A DNA stretch of 9,128 bases from assembly GCA_035357435.1 (NCBI GenBank), contig DAOPNM010000020.1, forward strand, positions 1 through 9,128. The letters are read 5' to 3'. The notes beneath the pieces are model-generated. The model did not search any database. It was not told where the DNA came from and was given only the letters and a program-made list of their open reading frames with translations. This DNA comes from an archaeon. GTDB taxonomy: Archaea; Iainarchaeota; Iainarchaeia; Iainarchaeales; CSSED10-239. The position numbers were made by a program, and so were the translations under genes. Shown here piece by piece: positions 1 through 7,413 of this stretch (positions are counted from its first letter, which is position 1; each line of letters begins with the position of its first letter).

Positions 1-2
1 TT

Positions 3-464
3 TCTAAAATAAAACAAAAATTAAAATCATCAGAATACCTTATATTATACGCAAGTGTAGCAGTTTGCTCACTCATCTTCTCTATATTCCTTGCATGCAA
101 TTTTGGGAAATCAAGAATAGGATATATATCTATATTATTACTACAAAAACAAATACCTCAAAAAATAAATTATATCGAATTTGGGGCAGGAATTATTTTT
201 ACAGTATGTATCGCAATATTACTTGTACTTTTATTCTTAAATAACATCATAACCTTCATAAATAAAACAGATCTAAAAAAAATAAATATTATAATAATAA
301 TAACATCAACTATCTTGTTGTTAATAATAACTAACTTTCATTTGCCAACAATATTTGTATTCCTATTAAGTATTGGCATTGGCTTTTTACCAATAATTTT
401 TAAAAAAAGCAGAATTGTTTTAACAGCATATCTTATGATACCAACATTATTGTTTTATATATAA
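3..464 (+). CDS. 5'-truncated polytopic membrane protein of unknown family; the reading frame is open from the window edge
   Basis: The + frame starting at nt 3 has no stop until TAA at 462-464 (153 codons), which is improbable by chance in DNA this AT-rich. Hand translation gives ...SEYLILYASVAVCSLIFSIFLACNFGKSRIGYISILLLQKQIPQKINYIEFGAGIIFTVCIAILLVLLFLNNIITFINKTDLKKINIIIIITSTILLLIITNFHLPTIFVFLLSIGIGFLPIIFKKSRIVLTAYLMIPTLLFYI*. This contains about five hydrophobic helices separated by short K/R/N loops. It is absent from the ORF track, probably because the start codon lies outside the window. Confidence 0.6.
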   Translation, partial: SKIKQKLKSSEYLILYASVAVCSLIFSIFLACNFGKSRIGYISILLLQKQIPQKINYIEFGAGIIFTVCIAILLVLLFLNNIITFINKTDLKKINIIIIITSTILLLIITNFHLPTIFVFLLSIGIGFLPIIFKKSRIVLTAYLMIPTLLFYI

Positions 465-473
465 ACAAAAAAA
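465..473 (-). terminator. Oligo-T (T7) tract immediately after the ATPase stop codon; candidate archaeal intrinsic terminator
   Basis: The + strand reads ACAAAAAAA, so the minus strand reads TTTTTTTGT directly after the TAA at 474-476. Archaeal RNA polymerase terminates at oligo-T runs. These 9 nt are the entire spacer between the two convergent genes. Confidence 0.4.
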
Positions 474-2786
474 TTAAATATCATCTTTCTTTGCATTCCT
501 GTATCTTTCAATAATTTGTGGTGCAAAAAAATTATCATACCAATCTTGCCATGCATTGTAAAGAGAATTATAGTCCTTGCTACCTTTTTCAGAAATCAAC
601 TCTTCTTTCAATAATAACAATTTATTATGTGCAATTGAAGTATACTCTGACTCTAGCAACTCAAAAACATTCATTTGTTTTGCAACATTTACTTGATGTT
701 CTTTTTCTTTGGAATATAATTTAATAATGTCCCATACTTCTTCAATAGACATTCCAGTTAACTTACAAATCTTTGGAAACAATTCAGAATCTTTTAAGGC
801 ATCCTCGTTTAAAATTAAAGAATCTTTAGATGCATCATATTCCATTATGTTTAACAAACCACCTTCTGCATCTGGATCAATATTCCAATGTTTTTTAACT
901 TCTGTAATCTGAACAATTCTCCTATAACTTTTTAAAGAACCTTTAAACCTAATTGGCTTTGCAACAACAACAATATCTGTTGCTTTAAAAGAAGTTGTAG
1001 GAACTTCCAAATCATTCACAACTCTATCCCACACAGCATATGCAGAATCTGCATGCACTGTCCCCAAAACAACATTACCTGCAGCACCAACTCTCATTGC
1101 TTCATAAAGAACCTTTGCTTCTACACTTCTAACTTCCCCAACAACCAATGCAGAATCTCCTAATCTCAATGCAGTTCTTAAAGCATCTTCTGGCTTAACT
1201 TCTGTAGTTGCCTCATCACCAACACCACCAATTGATGATTTTGTTTTTAGTCTTTGAATATTATATCCTATATTTTTCATATACATTACAGGTAATTCCA
1301 ATGTATCCTCTTGAACAATAATCCTTTTATTTTGTAAAATTTCTTGCATTAATGCTGCAACCAATGAAGTTTTACCAGAACCTCTTGACCCTGCAATAAT
1401 CATAGTTGTGCTATTATCTATAAAAAAACTTAAAAGGCCTGCAGCTAATGGAGAAAGCATTTTCACATTAATAAATTGAGGCAAAGTCCATGGAGTTTCT
1501 TTATGTAACCTAAATGCAAAAGCAATACCGTCTGTTGCTAATGGTCTTCCAATAACTGCAATTCTCGTTTGTAAATCTTCCAAATCATAATCTAAGACAG
1601 GATGGGCATCATCAAATGGCCGTCCAGACATTGCTCTAACTTTCCCAACAAAAGATTCTGCATCTCTTTCAGGATACATAATGTTTGTTTGACATTGACC
1701 AAATTTAGAATGGACCAAATAAATTGGCTTTGAACCTAATGGAGAATCCAAATAAACATCGGTTACATTTTTATCAGAAAGCAATAATTCCAAAATACCA
1801 TACCCTATAGTATATCTTGTAACAATCTCTGCAAGAGAAAGAATATCATCAGGAGATAAACTCACATTATATCTTCTTGCGATATCTATAATGGTGCTTT
1901 GATAAATCCTTTCAAAATATCTTTTTGTAGTAGAACCAACGGTCAAAGAAACCCTACCTGGTTGATAACCAGCCACGGTTTCTTTTGTTTTTGTAAGAAT
2001 AAAATATTGATCAGGAGAAAGTGTATATTCCGGAGGATTAATTATATATTGATATTCAATCTTATCAGGATGCTTAAAAATTTGGACATTTGAATTAAGA
2101 ACTTGATATTCATCAACTAACTGTAACTTTTCCATATCTTTAAATTGCAATTCTGAACCAATAAATGCAGGCTTAATTTCAACCTCAAACATTGTTTTAT
2201 AAATATCAGAAAGATCAGAAATATCTTTTATTTTCATAAGAAGTGGTTTAAGCGTTTTAATAAACTCTGTCTTATCATATTCAGACTTAAGTGCTAACAA
2301 ATGTTTTTCATTTGCTTTAAAACATTTTTCGCATGGTTGGCCAATTACTTGTTGTGCCCTTTGTTTTGTATTTTCTAATTCTTTCAACAAACTAATATAT
2401 GAAGCAATAGGGTCATATGACAAAAGATCTCTTGCAAACTTAAGAATATTATTATGTCTTTCAGGATAACACTCATCACAATCCATATCTGTAATTCCCA
2501 AATAAGAACTAACCCAAACAGCCCTTGTATCAAAACTAAGAAGAAGATTCACCATTTCTTTTAAATATTTTGTTTGCTCTTCAGTATATATTCTTTCATA
2601 AACTTCTGAAAGAATAACCTGATCTGCATCAACTGTTTCTAAAACATGCATCACATGATATCTACATCTTGGATCATCAGAAATAGATGTACCATACACA
2701 CAATTACGGCAATCAAAAACTAATTTTCTTTTTGAACCTTCTGTTAAAACGGTATAATCTCCAACAGTATAATTTCCAATTTTCAT
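474..2786 (-). CDS. Type II/IV secretion-family ATPase (FlaI/PilB/TadA-like archaeal type IV pilus or archaellum-type assembly ATPase) with a long N-terminal extension
   Basis: 770-aa ORF. Walker A is IIAGSRGSGKTS (aa 463-474; nt 1365-1391 read GGG TCA AGA GGT TCT GGT AAA ACT on the minus strand). The Asp-box-like motif is RIIVQEDTLEL, Walker B with catalytic Glu is SALVVGEVR, and the His box is LGTVHA. The upstream motif GYGILELLLSDKNVTDVYL is typical of the T2SSE/FlaI N-terminal domain. About 290 aa precede the conserved core. Confidence 0.85.
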   Translation of the reverse strand: MKIGNYTVGDYTVLTEGSKRKLVFDCRNCVYGTSISDDPRCRYHVMHVLETVDADQVILSEVYERIYTEEQTKYLKEMVNLLLSFDTRAVWVSSYLGITDMDCDECYPERHNNILKFARDLLSYDPIASYISLLKELENTKQRAQQVIGQPCEKCFKANEKHLLALKSEYDKTEFIKTLKPLLMKIKDISDLSDIYKTMFEVEIKPAFIGSELQFKDMEKLQLVDEYQVLNSNVQIFKHPDKIEYQYIINPPEYTLSPDQYFILTKTKETVAGYQPGRVSLTVGSTTKRYFERIYQSTIIDIARRYNVSLSPDDILSLAEIVTRYTIGYGILELLLSDKNVTDVYLDSPLGSKPIYLVHSKFGQCQTNIMYPERDAESFVGKVRAMSGRPFDDAHPVLDYDLEDLQTRIAVIGRPLATDGIAFAFRLHKETPWTLPQFINVKMLSPLAAGLLSFFIDNSTTMIIAGSRGSGKTSLVAALMQEILQNKRIIVQEDTLELPVMYMKNIGYNIQRLKTKSSIGGVGDEATTEVKPEDALRTALRLGDSALVVGEVRSVEAKVLYEAMRVGAAGNVVLGTVHADSAYAVWDRVVNDLEVPTTSFKATDIVVVAKPIRFKGSLKSYRRIVQITEVKKHWNIDPDAEGGLLNIMEYDASKDSLILNEDALKDSELFPKICKLTGMSIEEVWDIIKLYSKEKEHQVNVAKQMNVFELLESEYTSIAHNKLLLLKEELISEKGSKDYNSLYNAWQDWYDNFFAPQIIERYRNAKKDDI

Positions 2787-2797
2787 AATATCTCAAA

Positions 2798-3730
2798 TTA
2801 TTTACTACTCTTCTCTTTATTTATAAGATCTTTCCATTCTTTATCAATATGCTCTTGAAGTTCCTTAAGAACATACTTATTTTCTTGTTTAAATAAATGA
2901 CTATATTTTGTTTGATATTTAAAAAACTCATCAATAGGTACTTTTTTAGAAGGTTTATAATTTATAGTATATTTCCCATTTTCATATTCATACAATGGCC
3001 AAAAATTAGTTTCTGTTGCTAGCTGTGCTACCTTAATTGATAAATTAGATGGACATTTCATATTAGTAGGGCATGGAGAAAAAACATTAATTATTTTTGG
3101 TCCTTTAATTGAAAATGCTTTCTCCATTTTTGTATGAAGATCAATTAAATCACCAACACTTGCTTGTGCAACATATGCAGGATTATGTGCAATACATATT
3201 TCTGTAAAATTCTTTCTATATTCTTGTTTTCCAAAAGACATTTTTCCTGATGGTGTAGTGGTTGTAGATGTCCCTCTTTCTGTTGCAGAACTCCTTTGAT
3301 TACCTGTATTCATATATCCTTCATTCTGATAACAAACATAAACAAAATCATGTCCTCTTTCAATTGCACCAGAAAGTGATTGTAAACCAATATCATATGA
3401 CCCGCCATCCCCTGCAAACACCATAAACTTAACATTATCTTTAATCTTTCCCTTTTTCTTCAAAGAAAAATATGCTCTCTCAACACCAGAAATTGTTGCT
3501 GCAGAGTTTGCAAAAACAGAATGAATCCATGGAACATTCCAAGAAGTAAACGGAAAAGAAGTAGTTGTTACTTCTGAACAAGATGTTGCATTTGAGACAA
3601 CCACTGGGTCATTTGTTGCAGATAAACATGTTCTTGCAATAATTGGGATTGGGCACCCAGAACAAGTACCATGACCTGGAACTAATCGCTTTTTTAAAAA
3701 AATTTTTTCTGCAAGTTCTTTATCATTCAT
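2798..3730 (-). CDS. porB: 2-oxoacid (pyruvate):ferredoxin oxidoreductase, beta subunit (TPP-binding)
   Basis: 310-aa ORF. The N-terminal Cys cluster is GTCSGCPIPIIARTC. The thiamine-diphosphate motif is GDGGSYDIGLQSLSGAIERGHDFVYVCYQNEGYMNTG (GDG...N pattern). It is the last gene of a gamma-delta-alpha-beta operon. Confidence 0.85.
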   Translation of the reverse strand: MNDKELAEKIFLKKRLVPGHGTCSGCPIPIIARTCLSATNDPVVVSNATSCSEVTTTSFPFTSWNVPWIHSVFANSAATISGVERAYFSLKKKGKIKDNVKFMVFAGDGGSYDIGLQSLSGAIERGHDFVYVCYQNEGYMNTGNQRSSATERGTSTTTTPSGKMSFGKQEYRKNFTEICIAHNPAYVAQASVGDLIDLHTKMEKAFSIKGPKIINVFSPCPTNMKCPSNLSIKVAQLATETNFWPLYEYENGKYTINYKPSKKVPIDEFFKYQTKYSHLFKQENKYVLKELQEHIDKEWKDLINKEKSSK

Positions 3731-3758
3731 ACATTTATCAATTTTACATTTATAACTA

Positions 3759-4913
3759 TTATTTTAAACCAATATATCTTTCTTTAGGAATCTTCTTCTT
3801 TATAAAACTACTTATTAAATCTTCAATATCTTTTTCATATAAATCTCTTCCACCTAAACCAAAAACATATGAATAAATTTGTGGAGAAAATTTAGAACCA
3901 TAAAAAGAAACAACCAAATCTTTATAAATTGGTGAAAAAGAACCAGGGCTTTCCGCCCTTTCCAAAACAATAATTTGCTTTGCATTTTTTAATATTTTAA
4001 AATACTCTTCATAAAAAAATGGCCTTAAAAGAATAGGTCTCAAAAGACCTACTTTTTTTCCTTGTTCTCTAAATTTATCAATCACTTGCTTTGAAGTGCT
4101 TGCACTTGAACTTAAAACTATTAAAACAATATCAGCATCACTTGCAAAATAATCTTCAAAAATCTTTATATCTTTTTTAAAAATTTTCTTAAATTCTTTT
4201 GAAATAAAATTAAAATTGCTTTTCACATCATTAAATGCATTAAACATCTCAGACCTTACCTCAAAATAAGAATGGGGAGGAACAAGTGGGCCAACAGTTA
4301 TTGGATTCTTGGTGTCCAACAAATAATGTTTAGGTGTATACTCCCCAATAAATTTTTTTACTAAATTATCCTCAAAAACAACTACAGGTTCAACACAATG
4401 ACTTGTAATAAATCCATCTATACAAACCATACTTGGAAGATTCACAGATTCAGACAGCCTTAAAGCAAACAACATCATTTCATAAGCCTCTTGTGAACTT
4501 TCACAATAAAATTGAAGCCAACCTTGATCTAAGGCAGACATAGAATCAGAATGATCACAATGAATATTTATTGGAGAAGAAATTGCTCTGTTTGCTACAG
4601 CCATAACAATAGGCAATCTTAAACCAGAAGCAACACTTAACATTTCATACATATACAATAATCCTTGAGACGCAGTTGCTGTCATTGCTCTTACACCTGA
4701 TGCAGATGCACCAATAACTGCAGACAATGAAGAATGCTCAGATTCTGTTAAAATTAGTTCTGTATCAACCAAACCATCTGAAACATGTTTTGCAAAAGTT
4801 TCTGCAATTGGGGTTTGTGGTGTGATTGGATACAATGCAACAACATCGGGATTAATTTGCCTCATTGCATAAGCAATAGCTTCTGCACCACTCAATGCTC
4901 TTTTGTTTGCCAT
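3759..4913 (-). CDS. porA: 2-oxoacid (pyruvate):ferredoxin oxidoreductase, alpha subunit
   Basis: 384-aa ORF. The N-terminus LSGAEAIAYAMRQINPDVVALYPITPQTPIAE matches the conserved alpha-subunit signature (GxEAxA...YPITPxT). Its start lies 2 nt after the porD stop (TAA TT ATG). Confidence 0.85.
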   Translation of the reverse strand: MANKRALSGAEAIAYAMRQINPDVVALYPITPQTPIAETFAKHVSDGLVDTELILTESEHSSLSAVIGASASGVRAMTATASQGLLYMYEMLSVASGLRLPIVMAVANRAISSPINIHCDHSDSMSALDQGWLQFYCESSQEAYEMMLFALRLSESVNLPSMVCIDGFITSHCVEPVVVFEDNLVKKFIGEYTPKHYLLDTKNPITVGPLVPPHSYFEVRSEMFNAFNDVKSNFNFISKEFKKIFKKDIKIFEDYFASDADIVLIVLSSSASTSKQVIDKFREQGKKVGLLRPILLRPFFYEEYFKILKNAKQIIVLERAESPGSFSPIYKDLVVSFYGSKFSPQIYSYVFGLGGRDLYEKDIEDLISSFIKKKIPKERYIGLK

Positions 4914-4915
4914 AA

Positions 4916-5299
4916 TTATTTCTTTTTTAATTTATTTATTTTATTAAACTTTTTGCTTTTGCTTAATTTTGGGTTAATAGCTTTCTTACTTGTTTGTGGT
5001 AAAAAAGAAATATCAAAATCATTTTCTTTTTGCATAGTTATCGCTTTTGTAGGACAAACTTCTGCACAAATACCACAACCTTTACAAAAATCTAAATCTG
5101 TTTCTCCGCGTTGTATACTTTTATTTTTCTTAATCGCAAGTATACAATTTTCTGGACAAAAATTATAACATTTCATACACTGAATACATTTTTTCTTATC
5201 CCAAACTGGCCTTTCTGTTCTCCAAGAACCTGTTTTGTTTTCTATAGAAGTACCTCCTTGTAAAGCACCCCCTAATAGATTATTACTTTTTTTGTTCAT
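4916..5299 (-). CDS. porD: 2-oxoacid (pyruvate):ferredoxin oxidoreductase, delta subunit (2x[4Fe-4S] ferredoxin-like) with a Lys-rich C-terminal tail
   Basis: 127-aa ORF with two CxxCxxCxxxCP motifs: CIQCMKCYNFCP (aa 38-49) and CKGCGICAEVCP (aa 72-83). The preceding GSWRTERPVW segment is typical of PorD. It sits between the gamma and alpha subunit genes. Confidence 0.85.
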   Translation of the reverse strand: MNKKSNNLLGGALQGGTSIENKTGSWRTERPVWDKKKCIQCMKCYNFCPENCILAIKKNKSIQRGETDLDFCKGCGICAEVCPTKAITMQKENDFDISFLPQTSKKAINPKLSKSKKFNKINKLKKK

Positions 5300-5311
5300 A
5301 AAAAATCATAT

Positions 5312-5863
5312 TTAAAAATAATGGTTCCCTCTTCTTAAACATTTAAGATTAGATTCAATTAAATTAATTTTACCTTTCTTTTTTAACTCTAAAGAAATTG
5401 CTTTTTCTATACTTTCATAATCAACAACATCAAACAAACTAATAAGAGTGCCTATTAAAACAACATTAGGAGAATCTATATTTTCTTGAGTAATAATTCG
5501 ATTTGCATCAACTAAATAAATGGGATTTTTTGTTTTAATTTTTTTTTCAAAAAACTCTTTTGATTTATTTGAATTAATTATATATGAACAATTATAATTT
5601 CCTAAACCCGGTATAGAAAAAAACAAACGATCATCTAAAACAATAACAACATCAGGATTAACAATTGGCTCATGGGTTCTTATTCTTATATCTGAAATTC
5701 TTAAAAAAGAACGCACAGGTGCTCCTCTTCTTTCAGCACCAAACTCTGGAAAGGCCTGAATTTCTTTGCCCTCTAATAAAGCACCCTCTGCAACCATTTG
5801 TGCAAATGTCTTAGCCCCTTGTCCAGCTCTTCCAAAAATTATTACTTCAAAGATTTGTTTCAT
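5312..5863 (-). CDS. porG: 2-oxoacid (pyruvate):ferredoxin oxidoreductase, gamma subunit
   Basis: 183-aa ORF. The N-terminus IIFGRAGQGAKTFAQMVAEGALLEGKEIQAFPEFGAERRGAPVRSFLRIS matches the conserved gamma-subunit pattern (GRGGQG...yGpErRGaPV...Ris). It is the first gene of the operon. Confidence 0.85.
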   Translation of the reverse strand: MKQIFEVIIFGRAGQGAKTFAQMVAEGALLEGKEIQAFPEFGAERRGAPVRSFLRISDIRIRTHEPIVNPDVVIVLDDRLFFSIPGLGNYNCSYIINSNKSKEFFEKKIKTKNPIYLVDANRIITQENIDSPNVVLIGTLISLFDVVDYESIEKAISLELKKKGKINLIESNLKCLRRGNHYF

Positions 5864-5947
5864 AGTATAATAATAGTAGATATTAGAATTTTTATATTTA
5901 ACGATTTATAATAAAATAGAGACCAAATTGTAAAAAGTGAATAAAAA
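5864..5947. promoter_or_regulatory. Divergent intergenic promoter region serving porG (-) and the ACD alpha gene (+), with two back-to-back TATA-like boxes
   Basis: TTTTTATATTTA at 5889-5900 reads TAAATATAAAAA on the minus strand. Its centre is about 31 nt upstream of the porG ATG, which implies a near-leaderless transcript. TTTATAATAAAA at 5905-5916 is centred about 38 nt upstream of the ATG at 5948. A GTGA Shine-Dalgarno-like element lies at 5937-5940. These are motif-and-spacing arguments only. Confidence 0.45.
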
Positions 5948-7297
5948 ATGAAAAACTTAGAAAAAATGTTTTATCCAAAATCAATTGCATTAATAGGAGC
6001 TTCAGACAAAGAAGGGTCTGTTGGAAAAACAATTTCTGAAAATCTTTTAGATTACAAAGATGGAGAAATATACTTTGTAAACCCAAGAATAACCAAATTA
6101 TTTAACAAACCAGTCTATAAATCAGTTCTTGAAATAAAAAAACCAATAGATTTAGGAATAATTGCAGTCCCTGCAGAAACAGCAATAGAAATTACAAAAC
6201 AATTAGGGGAAATAGGATGTAAAAACATATTAATAATTAGTGCTGGATTCAATGAAATTGGAAAAATAGAACTTACAAACAAACTTTTAGAATTACAAAA
6301 AAAATATAATTTGAACATAATTGGTCCAAACTGCTTAGGTTTTCTTAATCTACAAAATAAACTAGATGCAACATTTAATTCTAGAAAAAAACTAAACTTA
6401 CCTAAACAAGGAAATATATCATTTATTTCACAATCAGGAGCACTAGGGATAGCAATATTAGATCTTGCAAATTATGATAATTTAAAAATAAATAAATTCA
6501 TTTCATATGGGAATGCAATTGACACAAATGAATGTGATCTTATAGAATATTTATACACAGACAAAGATACAGATGTAATAATGTGCTATATTGAAGGAAC
6601 ATCTAATGGAAAAAGATTTTACCAAACTATAAAAGAAGTAAGCAAAACTAAAAAAATAATTGTTCTCAAAGGAGGATTAGGTAAAAAAGGTGGGGGCGCA
6701 GTAAAAAGCCATACAGCTGCAATGATTGGGTCTAGTGAAACATTTAAAGTTGCAGTAGAACAAGCAGGAGGATATTTTGTGGAATCAATAGAAGAAATGT
6801 TTAACCTTGCAAAAACATTTTCTATATACAAAAATATTAATTTAAGAAATATACAAATCATAACAAATGGTGGTGGCTTTGGAGTACTTGTTACAGACCA
6901 AATTGAACAAAGTGGAATGCCATTAGCAAAAATAAAAAAACAAACTTATGAAAAAATTAAAAAAAATGTCCCAGAATATGCTGTAATAAAAAACCCAATT
7001 GACCTAACAGGAGATGCAACAACACAAAGATTTATAACAACAATAAATTATTGCTTAGAAGATACTAATGTTTCTGGAATAATAATTCTTTTCCTTTTTC
7101 AATTGCCAGGGATAACACAAGACATTATTCCTGAAATAATAAACATAAAAAAACAAGCAAAAAAACCAATATTTATAATGACAATTGGAGGAAACATTAC
7201 ACGAGAATGGATAAATAAACTTAAAGATCAAGACATTGTGTGCTTCAAAGACCCTTCTGATTTTGGAAAAACTATAAAAAAAATATATAAAAAATAG
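5948..7297 (+). CDS. acdA: Acetate--CoA ligase (ADP-forming) / acyl-CoA synthetase (NDP-forming), alpha subunit
   Basis: 449-aa ORF. The N-terminal CoA-binding signature is MFYPKSIALIGASDKEGSVGKTI...FVNP. A succinyl-CoA-ligase-like middle domain contains IIGPNCLGF and FISQSGALG. The candidate phospho-histidine loop is AVKSHTAAMIGS. The length matches stand-alone archaeal ACD alpha subunits, and no ATP-grasp (beta) portion is present. Confidence 0.8.
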   Translation: MKNLEKMFYPKSIALIGASDKEGSVGKTISENLLDYKDGEIYFVNPRITKLFNKPVYKSVLEIKKPIDLGIIAVPAETAIEITKQLGEIGCKNILIISAGFNEIGKIELTNKLLELQKKYNLNIIGPNCLGFLNLQNKLDATFNSRKKLNLPKQGNISFISQSGALGIAILDLANYDNLKINKFISYGNAIDTNECDLIEYLYTDKDTDVIMCYIEGTSNGKRFYQTIKEVSKTKKIIVLKGGLGKKGGGAVKSHTAAMIGSSETFKVAVEQAGGYFVESIEEMFNLAKTFSIYKNINLRNIQIITNGGGFGVLVTDQIEQSGMPLAKIKKQTYEKIKKNVPEYAVIKNPIDLTGDATTQRFITTINYCLEDTNVSGIIILFLFQLPGITQDIIPEIINIKKQAKKPIFIMTIGGNITREWINKLKDQDIVCFKDPSDFGKTIKKIYKK

Positions 7298-7302
7298 TTT
7301 TT
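7298..7302 (+). terminator. T5 tract directly after the acdA TAG stop; candidate archaeal terminator
   Basis: The sequence reads TAG TTTTTC at 7295-7303. Confidence 0.35.
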
Positions 7303-7379
7303 CAAAAAAACAATTTAATCAAAAATAGATAGATTATACAAAACAAAATTTAACATAAAACATAAAAATAACAATAAAC

Positions 7380-7390
7380 TTATATATAAA
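7380..7390 (+). promoter_or_regulatory. TATA box of the tRNA gene promoter
   Basis: TTATATATAAA is centred about 29 nt upstream of tRNA position +1 (7414), and A-rich BRE-like sequence lies immediately upstream. This fits archaeal promoter geometry. Confidence 0.5.
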
Positions 7391-7413
7391 ACGCAACATA
7401 ATATTATTACAAA

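Noticed and set aside
288-302. (ATA)n triplet microsatellite encoding an Ile run in the membrane protein
   Set aside because: It is a triplet repeat that preserves the frame, and it encodes part of a transmembrane helix. This is ordinary in AT-rich genomes.
518-912. + strand ORFs 518-724 and 709-912 inside the ATPase gene
   Set aside because: They are antisense to a well-supported 770-aa ATPase ORF. Their products are low-complexity with no motifs, and they are typical shadow ORFs.
1899-2093. + strand 64-aa ORF
   Set aside because: It is antisense to the ATPase gene and shows no recognisable features.
3643-3876. + strand 77-aa ORF spanning the porA/porB junction
   Set aside because: It is antisense to two strongly supported por genes. 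Its Phe/Ile/Tyr-rich product reflects the complement of Lys/Asn/Ile codons.
4785-5168. + strand 127-aa ORF antisense to porD/porA, coincidentally the same length as PorD
   Set aside because: Its hydrophobic Phe/Leu runs are simply the reverse complement of the Lys-rich PorD tail. There is no start context or promoter, and the por genes explain the region.
5898-6861. Minus-strand ORFs 5898-6086, 6115-6318 and 6619-6861
   Set aside because: They are antisense to the ACD alpha gene or overlap its promoter. They are low-complexity shadow ORFs.
7298-7413. A-rich spacer with short tandem bits (ATAGATAGAT at 7325-7334; CATAAAA x2 at 7354-7367), considered as a possible ncRNA or repeat element
   Set aside because: It is low-complexity sequence with very short repeat units. 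I saw no stem-loop potential and no C/D-box or H/ACA-like motifs. It is most simply the terminator/promoter spacer between acdA and the tRNA gene.
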